Source: Actinomycetes bacterium (GTDB lineage: Bacteria > Actinomycetota > Actinomycetes > JACCUZ01). From it: a stretch of 64,000 bases of DNA. Location: positions 694 through 64,693 of the forward strand of contig DATHAP010000021.1 in NCBI GenBank assembly GCA_035489715.1. Reading direction: 5' to 3'. Positions 1-13,494 of this stretch are shown here, one piece after another. Both the position numbers and the translations under genes were made by a program. The notes beneath the pieces are model-generated. The model was not told the DNA's origin. It saw only the letters and a program-made list of their open reading frames with translations, and searched no databases. The number at the start of each line of letters is the position of its first letter. The first letter of the stretch is position 1.

Positions 1-23
1 CGCCGCTGAGGAGCCTGCGCCCG

Positions 24-3082
<3,059 letters not shown>

Positions 3083-3083
3083 C

Positions 3084-3100
3084 CCTGGCCGTCGGCCAGG
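3084..3100. terminator. GC-rich hairpin between convergent leuA and the downstream minus-strand gene
   Basis: Perfect inverted repeat CCTGGCCG-t-CGGCCAGG immediately after the leuA stop at 3080-3082. No T-tract, as is common in high-GC actinobacteria. Confidence 0.35.
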
Positions 3101-3118
3101 CACGTCAGGCGGCAGACG

Positions 3119-3787
3119 TCAGCCCGAGCGGGCGTGGCGGAGCAGGACGTAGCGGTCGATCCGGCCGGCCTGCTCCCGCGGCAGCCGGTCGAAGCGCACC
3201 ACGGCGTAGCCGTCGGCCGCCTCGACCCGGACGACCACGCCGTCGGCGCTGACCAGGTCGCCGTCGCCGAGGTCGAGCCGGACGGCGACGCGCTCGCCGA
3301 GCGCCACCTGGCCGGCGTCCACGAGCCCCACCCGCACGGCGTCGCGGCTCAGGTCGACGGCGTCGAGCAGCCGCTCGCCGCGGCCGGTCGAGCGCAGCCG
3401 CACCCGGGCGCCGGTCGGGGCGCGCGGCGCGCTGCGCCGGCGCTCCCGGACCACGGGGGAGATGCCGGCCATCGACAGCTCGCCCTGGCCGGCCAGGCGC
3501 GCGAGCCCGCTGAGCACCGTCAGCCGCCGGCCGTGGCCCGCGACCGTCACCCAGAGCCGCTGGTCGGCCAGCCGCTCCGCCACCTCGGGGTCGACCGTCA
3601 GCAGCACGGTCACGTCCAGCCCGCCCGGCGAGGACCGCCACTGCTGCACCGTCGCGTCGTACGCCAGACCGGTGCGCTGGCTGAGCAGCACGACCCGGGT
3701 GCCGGCCGGCGGGGCCACCGGGTCGGCGCTCACGGCATCATCGGGCACGGCGTCGTCGGCGCCTTCGGTCACGCGGTCGCCGGTCAT
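3119..3787 (-). CDS. PilZ-like domain protein (hypothetical)
   Basis: 222-aa ORF with RxxxR (ERRRSAPR) followed by a D-L-S-x-x motif, resembling the PilZ c-di-GMP binding signature. Overall assignment is weak. Confidence 0.45.
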   Translation of the reverse strand: MTGDRVTEGADDAVPDDAVSADPVAPPAGTRVVLLSQRTGLAYDATVQQWRSSPGGLDVTVLLTVDPEVAERLADQRLWVTVAGHGRRLTVLSGLARLAGQGELSMAGISPVVRERRRSAPRAPTGARVRLRSTGRGERLLDAVDLSRDAVRVGLVDAGQVALGERVAVRLDLGDGDLVSADGVVVRVEAADGYAVVRFDRLPREQAGRIDRYVLLRHARSG

Positions 3788-4608
3788 GGCCGGTCCCGTC
3801 CCTCGGCGGAGTACGCGGTGGCGACCCGCCGGAAGCCGACCCGCGAGTAGACCCGGGCCACCTCCGGCGAGCTCGCGGTGAGGAAGACCGTGCCGACGCC
3901 GAGCGCCCGGGCGTCGTCGACGAGCGCGCGGGTGACGGCTGTGCCCAGACCTGCACGACGAGCAGCAGGCAGCGTGGCCACCCCCATGACCTCGGTGACC
4001 CCGTCGATGGGCAGCGTGCGGCCGGCGGCGAGCACTCCCTGCGCGTCCGACTCAGCGACCGCCATCCGCACGGCCCCTTCCGCGAGGAGGCCGAGCACCC
4101 GCTGCTGCACCGGTCGCAGCCGCGCGTCCCGCTCGCGGGTGCCCTGCTCCCCTCGGGTCGTCCCGGCGCTGCCGAAGGCGAGCTCGCTGACGGCCCGGCC
4201 GGCCGCGACCGCCGCCTCGTCCGCGGGCCCGAGCAGGCGGACCCGCACGCCGGACGGGAGCGCGGACGGGTGGTCCTCGCCGGCGTCGTCCAACACCATG
4301 AGCGGCAGCTCCGTGACGGTGAGCGAGCCCTCGTGCTGCACGGCTGCGAGCAGGCCGGGCGTCGTCTCGTCGACCCACTCGAGCACCTCCGGCAGCCCCA
4401 GATGGCGCAGCCGGCCGGTCGCGGCCGCCACGTCCACCGCGTCTAACCCGCCCGCCCCTGCGGTGCCATCGAGCCGCGGCCGCGCGTAGTAGACCCAGCC
4501 ACCGGGCTCGCCGAGGAAGAGCGTGAACGGCCCGCAGTCCTCGACCCGTGCGAAGCGTCGCGGGACGGCGTCGTAGTAGCGCTCGATGCGCTCCAGCAGC
4601 GGCGTCAC
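3784..4608 (-). CDS. GNAT family N-acetyltransferase
   Basis: 274-aa ORF with a C-terminal GNAT core ([20 protein letters not shown]...). Overlaps the neighbouring genes by 4 nt at both ends. Confidence 0.65.
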   Translation of the reverse strand: MTPLLERIERYYDAVPRRFARVEDCGPFTLFLGEPGGWVYYARPRLDGTAGAGGLDAVDVAAATGRLRHLGLPEVLEWVDETTPGLLAAVQHEGSLTVTELPLMVLDDAGEDHPSALPSGVRVRLLGPADEAAVAAGRAVSELAFGSAGTTRGEQGTRERDARLRPVQQRVLGLLAEGAVRMAVAESDAQGVLAAGRTLPIDGVTEVMGVATLPAARRAGLGTAVTRALVDDARALGVGTVFLTASSPEVARVYSRVGFRRVATAYSAEGRDRP

Positions 4609-5867
4609 CGTCCGGGTCCTGCCGGTCGCAGCGCACGGGTGACCGTCGTGCGCGCCACCTCACGGCCGCGGTACCAGACGTGGGTGGGTGGGTCCTGCAG
4701 GCGCAGCACCTCCGGCCAGCTGCCGGCCGCGTAGACCTGCAGGTCGGCCCGCGCGCCCGCTTCGACGCCGTACGTCGTCCCGAGCCGCCACGACCCGGCC
4801 GGGACGCTGGTCACCGCGGCGAGGCAGGTCGCGAGCTCGTCCTGCGTGGTCAGGTGCGCCGCGTGCGCGGAGACGAGTGCCACCTCGAGCAGGTCCCCCC
4901 GGCCGAACGGGTAGAACCCGTCGGCGACGCAGTCCTGCCCGAAGGCCACCGGCACGCCCGCGGCGAGCAGCTCGCGGACCCGGGTGGTGCCGCGCCGCAC
5001 CAGGCCGGTGTCGCCACGGCCCTGGAGCACCAGGTTCGTCACCGGGTTCGACACGACGGTGATCCCGGCCCGGGCGCAACCCGCGACGACCTGCGCCGCG
5101 TACTCCTCGTCCGCGGCGCTGAGCGCACACACGTGGCCGACCGTCACCCGGCCCCGCCACCCGCGGCGCTCGGTCTCGTCGACCACCATGGCGAGGGTGC
5201 GCACCGACCCGTCGTCGGTCTCGTCGACGTGCATGTCGACGTCCGCGTCGTGCCGCTGGGCCAGCTCGAAGCAGAGCCGGACGTGCTCGCGCTGGTCGGC
5301 CTCGCCGAGCTCCCAGTGCGGCATGCCCCCGACGACGGTGGCGCCCTCCGCCATGGCGCGCTGCATCAGGTCGAACGCGCCGGGGTCCCTGAGCAGGCCC
5401 TCCTGCGGGAAGGCGACCACCTGCACCTCGGCCACGTCCGCGCAGTCCTGCGCCGCCGCGAGCACGCCCTGGAGCGGGACCAGGCCGCCGACCGTGTCGA
5501 CGTCGACGTGCGACCTCAGCCGGGTGGTGCCGGTGAGGACGGACGACTCGATGACGGCGCGGGCCCGACGCCGGACGTCGTCGACGAGGTAGCCGCTCTT
5601 GGCGGCGTGGATCGAGTCGATCGCGCCGCGCAGCGTGCCGTCGTGCTCGGCCAGCTGGTCGCGGATCAGCACCTTGTCGAGGTGCACGTGGGTGTCGACG
5701 AACGCCGGCAGCAGCAGGCCGCCCGCCGCGTCGACCCGCCGGGCGGGCGGGACGCCGTGGCGGTCGGCCGCGCCGGGCCCGACGGCGGTGACCGTCTCGC
5801 CGGCGACGACGACGTCCACGGGCGACCCGTCCGCCATCGTCGCGGCCACCACCGCGTGCTCCGTCAT
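4605..5867 (-). CDS. Amidohydrolase family protein (cytosine deaminase-like metal-dependent hydrolase)
   Basis: HxH metal motif ([10 protein letters not shown]), HVDE and other TIM-barrel amidohydrolase motifs. Start chosen at MTEHAVVAA (M18 of the ORF). Confidence 0.8.
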   Translation of the reverse strand: MTEHAVVAATMADGSPVDVVVAGETVTAVGPGAADRHGVPPARRVDAAGGLLLPAFVDTHVHLDKVLIRDQLAEHDGTLRGAIDSIHAAKSGYLVDDVRRRARAVIESSVLTGTTRLRSHVDVDTVGGLVPLQGVLAAAQDCADVAEVQVVAFPQEGLLRDPGAFDLMQRAMAEGATVVGGMPHWELGEADQREHVRLCFELAQRHDADVDMHVDETDDGSVRTLAMVVDETERRGWRGRVTVGHVCALSAADEEYAAQVVAGCARAGITVVSNPVTNLVLQGRGDTGLVRRGTTRVRELLAAGVPVAFGQDCVADGFYPFGRGDLLEVALVSAHAAHLTTQDELATCLAAVTSVPAGSWRLGTTYGVEAGARADLQVYAAGSWPEVLRLQDPPTHVWYRGREVARTTVTRALRPAGPGR

Positions 5868-5877
5868 GAGGAACAGA

Positions 5878-6420
5878 ATGGGGCCCGTGACGGCGCGCGC
5901 GGTGACTATCGACGACACGGAGGCGATCGCGCGGGTGCACGCACGCTCGTGGCAGCGCGCCTACCGGGGGATCGTGGGAGACGACTTCCTCGACGGGCTG
6001 TCCGACGCGGTGTGGGTCGACCGGTGGCGCACGGTCTTCACCGCGCCGCGGGACGAGGCCCGCACCCTGGTCTGGGACGACGGGGACGAGGTGACCGGGT
6101 TCGCCCGGATCGGCCCGGTGCGCGACCCCGACCCGCCCGGACCGCGCTGGGACGAGGTCTACGCGATCTACCTCGACCCGCGCTGCTGGGGCAGGGGGGC
6201 CGGCTCCGGCCTGCTGGCCGCTGCCCTGGCGACGGTCGCCGACGACGTCCCCGGGGTGAGCCTGTGGGTCTTCCGCGACAACGCCCGGGCGCGGGCCTTC
6301 TACGAGCGGCACGGCTTCGAGGTCGACGGCCTGTCGCAGGAGATCACGATCGAGGGGCGGGCGGTGCCGGAGGTTCGCTACCGGCGGTTGTCGGTCGGGT
6401 CGACGACAATGACCCGGTGA
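5878..6420 (+). CDS. GNAT family N-acetyltransferase
   Basis: [13 protein letters not shown]... about 180 aa. GNAT motif [15 protein letters not shown]. Diverges head-to-head from the amidohydrolase with about 10 bp between start codons. Confidence 0.7.
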   Translation: MGPVTARAVTIDDTEAIARVHARSWQRAYRGIVGDDFLDGLSDAVWVDRWRTVFTAPRDEARTLVWDDGDEVTGFARIGPVRDPDPPGPRWDEVYAIYLDPRCWGRGAGSGLLAAALATVADDVPGVSLWVFRDNARARAFYERHGFEVDGLSQEITIEGRAVPEVRYRRLSVGSTTMTR

Positions 6421-7148
6421 ACCTCTACCGGGACGAGGGTGTCGTGCTGCGCACCCAGAAGCTCGGCGAGGCCGACCGGATCATCACCCTGCTGACCCGG
6501 TCGCACGGCCGGGTGCGGGCCGTTGGCAAAGGGGTGCGCCGGACCCGGTCGAAGTTCGGCTCGCGGCTCGAGCCGTTCACGCACGTCGACCTGCAGATCT
6601 ACGCCGGGCGGTCGCTGGACGTGGTCCAGCAGGCCGAGACCCTGGCGCCGTACGGCGACCGGCTGGCCGGCGACTACGCGCGCTACACCGCGGGCACCGC
6701 GATGCTCGAGACCGCCGAGCGGCTCACCGCCGAGGAGAAGGAGCCCTCGACCCAGCTCTTCCTGCTGATGGTGGGAGGCCTGCGAGCCCTGACCGACGAG
6801 ACCCACTCGCCCGGGCTGGTGCTCGACGCGTTCCTGCTGCGGTCGCTCGCTGTCGCCGGCTATGCCGCGTCGTTCGAGGACTGCGCCCGCTGCACCCGAC
6901 GCGGGCCGCACCCGTTCTTCAACGTGCCCGCCGGGGGAGCGGTGTGCAGCGGCTGCCGGCCGGGCGGCTCGGTGTCGCCCGCGCCCGAGACCTTCGCCCT
7001 CCTCGGGGCGCTGCTCACCGGCGACTGGCTGCACGCCGACGCCAGCGACCAGCGGCACCGCCGCGAGGCGAGCGGCCTGGTGGCGGCCTACCTGCAGTGG
7101 CACCTCGAGCGCGGCCTGCGCTCGCTGCCGATGGTCGAGCGGACCTAG
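6417..7148 (+). CDS. recO: DNA repair protein RecO
   Basis: GTG start ([26 protein letters not shown]...) and the C-terminal zinc-finger Cys pairs (CARC...CSGC) are typical of RecO. Overlaps the upstream GNAT stop by 4 nt. Confidence 0.85.
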   Translation: MNLYRDEGVVLRTQKLGEADRIITLLTRSHGRVRAVGKGVRRTRSKFGSRLEPFTHVDLQIYAGRSLDVVQQAETLAPYGDRLAGDYARYTAGTAMLETAERLTAEEKEPSTQLFLLMVGGLRALTDETHSPGLVLDAFLLRSLAVAGYAASFEDCARCTRRGPHPFFNVPAGGAVCSGCRPGGSVSPAPETFALLGALLTGDWLHADASDQRHRREASGLVAAYLQWHLERGLRSLPMVERT

Positions 7149-7564
7149 ACCCGGCCCGGCGGCCACCACGGGGGCTTGCGGCGGTCGCCGCGGCCCCAGA
7201 CGACGTGGCTCTCCTCGCCGTGCTCGCGGTGCAGTCGGTCGTGCACGACCGGGGCGGCCACCAGCGACCACAGCCCGCCGACGAGGACCAGCAGGCCCAC
7301 GACCCGGTGCTCGCCGGACACGAACACGGCCAGCCCGACGTAGGTGACCAGGACGGCGACGAAGACGACCCCGACCAGTCCTGCCTCGGTTCGCACCAGC
7401 AGGCGCACGTCCAGAGCGTACGTCGCGGCTCCGACGACGGTCAGGCTCGGCGGACAGGGCACCGTGGTCGATCCCAGCTCGAGGCCGTGGTCAGTGTCGG
7501 TCGTGCAGCCGAGCTGCGGAGTCACGGGCCCTTCAACGCCCGGACCCCTGCATCGTTCGTCCAC
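7145..7564 (-). CDS. Hypothetical small membrane protein
   Basis: ORF with two or three predicted TM helices in the C-terminal half. The start is uncertain. Confidence 0.3.
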   Translation of the reverse strand: MDERCRGPGVEGPVTPQLGCTTDTDHGLELGSTTVPCPPSLTVVGAATYALDVRLLVRTEAGLVGVVFVAVLVTYVGLAVFVSGEHRVVGLLVLVGGLWSLVAAPVVHDRLHREHGEESHVVWGRGDRRKPPWWPPGRV

Positions 7565-7570
7565 GCGGGC

Positions 7571-8080
7571 TCAGTCGTCGGCAAGCTCCGGGGGCCACAC
7601 CACGCGAAACCGTTCGAAGACGACCTCGATCTGGTCGTGGAACTCCACGCCGATCCGGCCCAGGCTGCGCCGGAGGAAGCGGCTGTGGCCGTCGAGCCAG
7701 GACTCGCGGGTGCGGTCACCCTCTCCCTCGTCCCAGGCGAACGCCTCGTCGACGCTGGCCAGCGGACCTATCCGCAGCTCCGTGCTGCGCAGCACCACCC
7801 GAGGGGCCCCCGACCCGTCGTGCACGACCCAGTGCTCGCCGATGCGGGGGAGGGACTCCCCGGCGTGCAGGTAGTCGGCGACCGCGCCTGCGGTGGCCCG
7901 CTTGGGCCCGTGCATCACCAGGTCGAGCAGCTCGTCGGCGAGCTCGGCCGAGTCGCCGAACCGCTCCGACACCGGCGTCTCGGCACGGTGCTCGGGGTGC
8001 CTGGTGACGTACTCCGCCCACATCCGCCCGGCCGCGTCGCGGTCGAGGTCGGGCTGGGGATGGTCGTCGCCGGTCGTCAT
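7571..8080 (-). CDS. ASCH domain-containing protein
   Basis: 169-aa ORF. Size and sequence pattern resemble ASCH/PUA-like proteins (GxKxATAG-like segment HGPKRATAG). Confidence 0.55.
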   Translation of the reverse strand: MTTGDDHPQPDLDRDAAGRMWAEYVTRHPEHRAETPVSERFGDSAELADELLDLVMHGPKRATAGAVADYLHAGESLPRIGEHWVVHDGSGAPRVVLRSTELRIGPLASVDEAFAWDEGEGDRTRESWLDGHSRFLRRSLGRIGVEFHDQIEVVFERFRVVWPPELADD

Positions 8081-8115
8081 CCGGGCATTGTGCCGGGCCG
8101 TCCTAGCCTGGCTCG

Positions 8116-8670
8116 ATGAGTCGGATCCACGAGACAGCGTCCGTCGCCTCGTCCGCCATGGTGACTGGCGACGTCACCATCGGTCGCAACAGCCGGGTCC
8201 TGCACGGCGCCGTGCTCAACGGCGACCTGGGGCCTGTGGTCGTCGGCTCGGACGTCGTGGTGATGGAGCACGCGCTGCTGCGCGGACGCGCCGACCACCC
8301 GGTGACGGTCGGGGATGCCGTGCTGGTCGGCCCGCACACGCACCTGAACGGCACCACCGTGGAGGACGAGGTCTTCGTCGCGACCGGGGTCTCGATGTTC
8401 CCCGGCTCGCGCGCGGGAGCCGGGTCGGAGCTGCGGATCAACAGCGTCCTGCACGTCCGGTCCGTGCTGCCGGCCGGCACGGTCGTGCCGATCGGCTGGG
8501 TGGCGGCCGGCGACCCGGCCCAGCTCTTCTCGCCGGACCGCCACGAGGAGCTCTGGGCGGTGCAGGAGCCGCTGGACTTCCCGGGAACCGTCTACGGGGT
8601 CCCTAGGGGCACCTCGATGCGGGAGATCATGCGCCGCCAGTGCGAGGCGTTCCGTCCCCGCGACAGCTGA
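8116..8670 (+). CDS. Gamma carbonic anhydrase family / hexapeptide-repeat (LbH) protein
   Basis: Repeated [LIV]-G-x-x-x-x hexapeptide pattern throughout the 184-aa protein. Confidence 0.7.
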   Translation: MSRIHETASVASSAMVTGDVTIGRNSRVLHGAVLNGDLGPVVVGSDVVVMEHALLRGRADHPVTVGDAVLVGPHTHLNGTTVEDEVFVATGVSMFPGSRAGAGSELRINSVLHVRSVLPAGTVVPIGWVAAGDPAQLFSPDRHEELWAVQEPLDFPGTVYGVPRGTSMREIMRRQCEAFRPRDS

Positions 8671-8752
8671 CCGGTCGCGTGTCGCGCGGGCAGGGCTCAC
8701 CCGGGTCCTACCGTCGGAGTCGGCTCGGCCTGGTGCTGGTGCTCCACAGGCA

Positions 8753-9634
8753 GTGCGGGCGCCCGACCGGCAGACCCGCCGGTCCCGGCTCGCCTACTAC
8801 CGTGCTGGCGTGCCCCGCAGTCGACCGAACGCGGTCCGTCCCCCGACACCGCACCCGTCCGGCGCCCGGCCGCCGGCCGTGCCACCCGACCTGGTGCCCC
8901 GGCACGTCGCGGTCGTCATGGACGGCAACGGCCGGTGGGCCAAGGAGCGCGGGCTGCCGCGCAACAAGGGCCACGAGGCGGGGGAGGCGGCGCTGCTGGA
9001 TGTCATCCACGGCGCCATCGAGCTCGGCATCGAGAACCTGTCCGCCTACGCGTTCTCGACCGAGAACTGGCGCCGGTCGCCCGACGAGGTCCGCTTCCTC
9101 ATGGGCTTCAACCGGGAGGTCATCCGCCGGCGGCGTGACGAGCTGGACGCGATGGGGGTCCGGGTCCGCTGGGCGGGCCGCCGCAAGCGGCTGTGGCGCA
9201 GCGTCATCGACGAGCTCGAGGAAGCCGAGCGACGTACGCACCGGAACCGCACCCTCACCCTGCAGTTCTGCGTGAACTACGGCGGGCGGGCCGAGATCGC
9301 CGACGCCGCCGCCGCCATCGCGCGGGAGGTGAAGGCCGGCCGCCTAGACCCGGACAAGGTCGACGAGAAGACGATCGGGCGCTATCTGGACGAGCCGCAG
9401 GTCCCTGACGTGGACCTGTTCGTGCGCTCGTCAGGGGAGCAGCGCACGTCGAACTTCCTGCTGTGGCAGTCCGCCTACGCCGAGCTGGTCTTCCTGGACA
9501 CCCTCTGGCCGGACTTCGACCGACGCGACCTGTGGCGCGCGGTCGAGGCGTACGCCGCCCGCGACCGTCGTTATGGAGGTGCGCTGCCCAATGAGCCGGG
9601 TCAGGAGCAGAACGCGCGGGCCCAGGACAGGTAG
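8753..9634 (+). CDS. uppS: Isoprenyl transferase (undecaprenyl diphosphate synthase family)
   Basis: Motifs [28 protein letters not shown] and [12 protein letters not shown]. The N-terminal extension makes the exact start uncertain. Confidence 0.88.
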   Translation: MRAPDRQTRRSRLAYYRAGVPRSRPNAVRPPTPHPSGARPPAVPPDLVPRHVAVVMDGNGRWAKERGLPRNKGHEAGEAALLDVIHGAIELGIENLSAYAFSTENWRRSPDEVRFLMGFNREVIRRRRDELDAMGVRVRWAGRRKRLWRSVIDELEEAERRTHRNRTLTLQFCVNYGGRAEIADAAAAIAREVKAGRLDPDKVDEKTIGRYLDEPQVPDVDLFVRSSGEQRTSNFLLWQSAYAELVFLDTLWPDFDRRDLWRAVEAYAARDRRYGGALPNEPGQEQNARAQDR

Positions 9635-10446
9635 CGGACCGGCCGGTCGGTGATCACCGGACCGGCGTCGTCGTAGGCCATCCGGGACCACCCCTTGACC
9701 GTGTTGACGGTCCAGGGCCGCACCTCGATGCCCGCCGCGCGCCACTGCGCGGCGCGGGCCTGGGTGACCGAGCCCACCCCGATGACGTACGTCGACCCGT
9801 ACGGCAGGACGGCGTCGGCGGGGCGGGGCTCGCCGGAGAAGTCGATGATGCCGGTGGCGACGGCGGGCTCCTTCGCGCGCACCTGCGCGATCGTCTCCTC
9901 GTCGAAGCTGATCACCCGGACCCGGGCCAGCATGCCGAGCCAGCGGATGCGGTTGAGGAAGTCGTCGAGCTGCTGGGCCGTCGGCCGGCCCTTGAGCTCG
10001 AGCTGGAAGGTCGCGCCGCGGGTGCGCCCGAAGTCGAGGGCCTGCCGCAGCGTCGGCACCTTGACGCCGGCGAACTCCGGTGAGAACCATGAGCCGGCGT
10101 CCAGCGAGCGCAGCTCGGCCAGCGTCGTGCGGGACACCCGGCCGGTCCCGTCGGTGGTCCGGTCGACCGTCGAGTCGTGCAGCACGACCGGGATCCCGGA
10201 CCGGGTGAAACGCACGTCGACGTCGAGCTGGGTGGTGCCGGCCCGCAGCGCGGCCCGGTAGGCCGGGATGGTGTTCTCGGGAGCCGCGTACGAGGCGCCG
10301 CGGTGGGCGATCGGCGGGGCGACGCAGTCGGCGGTCGCGGCGCGTGCCGGGCCTGCGGTCAGGGCGGGGACGAGCGCGACCGAGGCGGCGACCGCGAGAA
10401 CGGCGGACAGGACCTGGGTGCGGGTGGTCGTCGGACGGACAGCCAC
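9601..10446 (-). CDS. Glycerophosphodiester phosphodiesterase family protein (secreted)
   Basis: GDPD motifs IAHRGAS...PENT and VLHD. Signal-peptide-like N-terminus. GTG start chosen at codon 49 of the ORF. Confidence 0.8.
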   Translation of the reverse strand: MAVRPTTTRTQVLSAVLAVAASVALVPALTAGPARAATADCVAPPIAHRGASYAAPENTIPAYRAALRAGTTQLDVDVRFTRSGIPVVLHDSTVDRTTDGTGRVSRTTLAELRSLDAGSWFSPEFAGVKVPTLRQALDFGRTRGATFQLELKGRPTAQQLDDFLNRIRWLGMLARVRVISFDEETIAQVRAKEPAVATGIIDFSGEPRPADAVLPYGSTYVIGVGSVTQARAAQWRAAGIEVRPWTVNTVKGWSRMAYDDAGPVITDRPVRYLSWARAFCS

Positions 10447-10502
10447 TGCCGGGAACCCCCGTTGAGCTCGGGTGCGACGTACCCGCTCGACGGTAGCGCA
10501 GG

Positions 10503-10901
10503 TCAGGAGCAGCGGGTGCAGGTGCCGAAGACCTCGACCGTGTGCTCGACGGAGGAGAAGCCGTGCTCGGCGGCGACCTTCTCCGCCCACCGCTCGACCG
10601 CCGGCCCGTCCACCTCCACGGTGCTCCCGCAGGACCGGCAGACCAGGTGGTGGTGGTGCCGGTCGCTGCTGCAGCGACGGTAGACCGACTCGCCGTCCGG
10701 CTGCCGCATCACGTCCACCTCGCCGCTTCCGGCCATCGCCTGCAGCGCGCGGTAGACCGTGGTCAGCCCGATCCGGGTGCCGGCGGCGCGCAACCGCGCG
10801 TGCACGTCCTGCGCGCTGCGGAACGCGTCGTCGCGGGCGAGCTCCTCGCGGACCGCGATCCGCTGGCGGGTGTCGCTCACGACGCTGCCACCACGAACCA
10901 C
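10503..10901 (-). CDS. zur: Fur-family zinc uptake regulator
   Basis: Strong similarity pattern to actinobacterial Zur (RSAQDVHARLRAAGTRIGLTTVYRALQAMA...DRHHHHLVCRSCG...HTVEVFGTCTRC). Overlaps the zupT stop; the likely GTG start forms a GTGA overlap. Confidence 0.85.
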   Translation of the reverse strand: MVRGGSVVSDTRQRIAVREELARDDAFRSAQDVHARLRAAGTRIGLTTVYRALQAMAGSGEVDVMRQPDGESVYRRCSSDRHHHHLVCRSCGSTVEVDGPAVERWAEKVAAEHGFSSVEHTVEVFGTCTRCS

Positions 10902-11605
10902 ATCAGCCCCAGGCCGCCCAGCGTGCTCAGCAGGGTCAGCCGCGACGGGTGGCGGGCGTGCGCCTCGGGCAGGATGTCGGCCGTCGCGAGGTAGAGCAGG
11001 AAGCCGGCGAACGCACCCAGGTAGAGCGCCAGCACGTGGTCGCTGACGCTGAAGAACAACGTCGAGACCGCGCCGAGCACCGGGGCGAGGGCGTCGATCC
11101 CGAGCATGGTCAGGGTGCGCCGGCGGTCGTTGCCGTGGGCGCGCATGACGGTCACCGTGTTGAGGCCGTCGGCGAAGTCGTGGGCGATGACGGCGATCGC
11201 GACCGCGAAGCCGACCGTCTCGTCGACCTGGAACGCGAGGCCGATGCCGACGCCGTCGAGGAACGAGTGCACGGCCAGCGCACCGGCCGAGGCCAGCCCG
11301 ATGCTCGGGTCGTGGTGGTGGTGGGTGTCGTACTCGCCCTCGTGCGCCCCGTGCATCGCCACCGAGCGCTCGACGAAGTGCAGCACCAGGAAGCCCCCGG
11401 CGAATGCCACCATCGTGGCGGGAACTCCCCAGACCGTCGCGTCGCTGAGCTCGAACAGCTCGGGGAGAAGGTCGAAGGACACCAGGCCGAGCATCACCCC
11501 GGCGGCGAAGCCGAGCACCAGGTGCAGGCGGTCCCGCGCCTTCAGTGCGACCAGCCCGCCGAGCGCGGTGGAGACCACCGTGACGAGGGCGACGAGGACG
11601 GCCAT
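10877..11605 (-). CDS. zupT: ZIP family zinc transporter (ZupT-like)
   Basis: 243-aa protein from the ATG at 11605. His-rich loop (HEGEYDTHHHHDPS) and ZIP signature HSFLDGVGIG...IAHDFADG. Confidence 0.8.
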   Translation of the reverse strand: MAVLVALVTVVSTALGGLVALKARDRLHLVLGFAAGVMLGLVSFDLLPELFELSDATVWGVPATMVAFAGGFLVLHFVERSVAMHGAHEGEYDTHHHHDPSIGLASAGALAVHSFLDGVGIGLAFQVDETVGFAVAIAVIAHDFADGLNTVTVMRAHGNDRRRTLTMLGIDALAPVLGAVSTLFFSVSDHVLALYLGAFAGFLLYLATADILPEAHARHPSRLTLLSTLGGLGLMWFVVAAS

Positions 11606-11625
11606 GACCGCGAGCCTAGGGCATA

Positions 11626-11640
11626 TGACAACCGTTGTCA
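11626..11640. promoter_or_regulatory. Zur-box-like palindrome TGACAAC-c-GTTGTCA in the zupT/zur divergent promoter
   Basis: Perfect 7-1-7 inverted repeat 21 bp upstream of the zupT start. Its architecture matches actinobacterial Zur boxes. Confidence 0.5.
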
Positions 11641-11665
11641 GTTTCAGTCCGGGTACGCTGCGTGC

Positions 11666-11971
11666 ATGCTCGCCGTGACGCGCCTTCGTCTTCCGGTCCA
11701 CGTCCCCGACGGCGGTCCCGCTGATGCCCGGGGCACCGAGACGCTCCTGCTCGGCGTCCTGGACCTGCTCGCGGCCCGGCCGGGCTTCGTGAGCGGGCGG
11801 GTCGGGCGGTCGGTCGACCAGCCGGCGCTGCTCCTGCTCGTCACCGAGTGGTCGGGGGCGGGCGCCTACCGACGGGCGCTGTCCGGCTACGACGTGAAGG
11901 TCGCCTTCGCCGACCTGATGGCGTACGTCGACAACGAGCCCAGCGCGTTCGAGGTCGTGGCCGCGCGCTGA
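11666..11971 (+). CDS. Small ABM-like (antibiotic biosynthesis monooxygenase / Dabb-type) hypothetical protein
   Basis: 101-aa ORF divergent from zupT. Contains LLLVTEWSGAGAYRRALSGYDVKVAFADL, reminiscent of ABM domain proteins. Confidence 0.4.
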   Translation: MLAVTRLRLPVHVPDGGPADARGTETLLLGVLDLLAARPGFVSGRVGRSVDQPALLLLVTEWSGAGAYRRALSGYDVKVAFADLMAYVDNEPSAFEVVAAR

Positions 11972-12029
11972 CAGCGGGTAGGGTCGCTCACTCACCGCAC
12001 CGACCATCACCCCGCCGACAACCAGCCGG

Positions 12030-13439
12030 ATGGAGGCCATCGTGGCCAAGAGCAGCTCGGGCAGCAGCCGCAACGACGCGGTCATCAGCCTCAGCAAGCG
12101 TCGGGGGTTCGTCTACCCCAGCAGCGAGATCTACGGGGGCACCCGCTCCGCCTGGGACTACGGCCCGCTGGGCGTCGAGCTCAAGGAGAACGTCCGCAGT
12201 CAGTGGTGGCGCACGATGGTGCAGGGCCGCGACGACGTCGTGGGCCTGGACTCCGCGGTGATCCTGGCGCGTGATGTGTGGGTGGCCTCGGGCCACGTCG
12301 ACACGTTCACCGACCCGCTCTCGGAGTGCCAGTCGTGCCACAAGCGGTTCCGGGCCGACCACCTCGAGGAGGCCTACGAGGCGAAGAAGGGCGCGCCGCC
12401 GCCGAACGGGCTGGCTGACGTCAACTGCCCCAACTGCGGGGTGAAGGGCGCGTTCACCGAGCCGCGCCAGTTCTCCGGCCTGCTCAAGACCTACCTCGGC
12501 CCGGTGGAGAGCGACGAGGGGCTGCACTACCTGCGGCCCGAGACCGCGCAGGGCATCTTCGTCAACTTCCTCAACGTCATGACGTCGGCGCGCAAGAAGC
12601 CGCCCTTCGGCATCGCGCAGACCGGCAAGTCGTTCCGCAACGAGATCACGCCGGGCAACTTCATCTTCCGCACCCGCGAGTTCGAGCAGATGGAGATGGA
12701 GTTCTTCGTCGAGCCGGGGACCGACGAGAAGTGGCACGAGTACTGGCTGCAGGAGCGTTGGCGCTGGTACACCGACCTGGGCCTGCGCGAGGACAACCTC
12801 CGCTTCTACGAGCACCCCAAGGAGAAGCTCTCCCACTACTCGAAGCGCACGGTCGACATCGAGTACCGCTTCAACTTCGGCGGCAAGGAGTTCGACGAGC
12901 TCGAGGGCATCGCAAACCGCACCGACTTCGACCTGACGGCGCACGCCAAGCACTCCGGGGCAGAGCTCAACTACTTCGACCAGGAGAAGGGCGAGCGCTG
13001 GACGCCGTACGTCGTCGAGCCCGCAGCGGGGCTGACCCGTGCGACGCTCGCCTTCCTGCTCGACGCCTACACCGAGGACGAGGCCCCCAACGCCAAGGGG
13101 GTGATGGAGAAGCGCACCGTGCTGCGGCTGGACCCGCGGCTGGCGCCGGTCAAGGTGGCCGTGCTGCCGCTCTCGCGCAACGCCGACCTGACGCCTAAGG
13201 CCAAGGACCTGGCCGCGACGCTGCGTCAGTCGTGGAACGTCGAGTTCGACGACGCGGGCGCGATCGGCCGCCGCTACCGCCGGCAGGACGAGGTCGGGAC
13301 GCCGTTCTGCGTGACCGTGGACTTCGAGACCCTCGACGACCAGGCGGTCACGGTGCGCGAGCGGGACTCGATGAAGCAGGAGCGCATCGGTCTCGACGCG
13401 GTGCCCGGCTGGCTGGCCCAGCGCCTGCTCGGCTGCTGA
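12030..13439 (+). CDS. glyS: Glycine--tRNA ligase (class II, dimeric GlyQS type)
   Basis: 469-aa ORF with class II aaRS motifs ([25 protein letters not shown]) and the anticodon-binding C-terminus. Confidence 0.92.
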   Translation: MEAIVAKSSSGSSRNDAVISLSKRRGFVYPSSEIYGGTRSAWDYGPLGVELKENVRSQWWRTMVQGRDDVVGLDSAVILARDVWVASGHVDTFTDPLSECQSCHKRFRADHLEEAYEAKKGAPPPNGLADVNCPNCGVKGAFTEPRQFSGLLKTYLGPVESDEGLHYLRPETAQGIFVNFLNVMTSARKKPPFGIAQTGKSFRNEITPGNFIFRTREFEQMEMEFFVEPGTDEKWHEYWLQERWRWYTDLGLREDNLRFYEHPKEKLSHYSKRTVDIEYRFNFGGKEFDELEGIANRTDFDLTAHAKHSGAELNYFDQEKGERWTPYVVEPAAGLTRATLAFLLDAYTEDEAPNAKGVMEKRTVLRLDPRLAPVKVAVLPLSRNADLTPKAKDLAATLRQSWNVEFDDAGAIGRRYRRQDEVGTPFCVTVDFETLDDQAVTVRERDSMKQERIGLDAVPGWLAQRLLGC

Positions 13440-13494
13440 CCAGCGGAGCCGGCGCCGGGCGGTTGGGCGGACGCCCAGCGGGCAGGCCACGTGC

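Noticed and set aside
4660-6312. 550-aa minus-strand ORF (and many similar 100-500 aa Arg/Pro/Gly-rich ORFs such as 4052-4663, 13708-15087, 15105-16514 N-terminal part, 26496-27755)
   Set aside because: They lie antisense or out of frame to clearly identifiable genes. Their extreme Arg/Pro/Gly composition is the usual artefact of open alternative frames in more than 70% GC DNA. No motifs were found.
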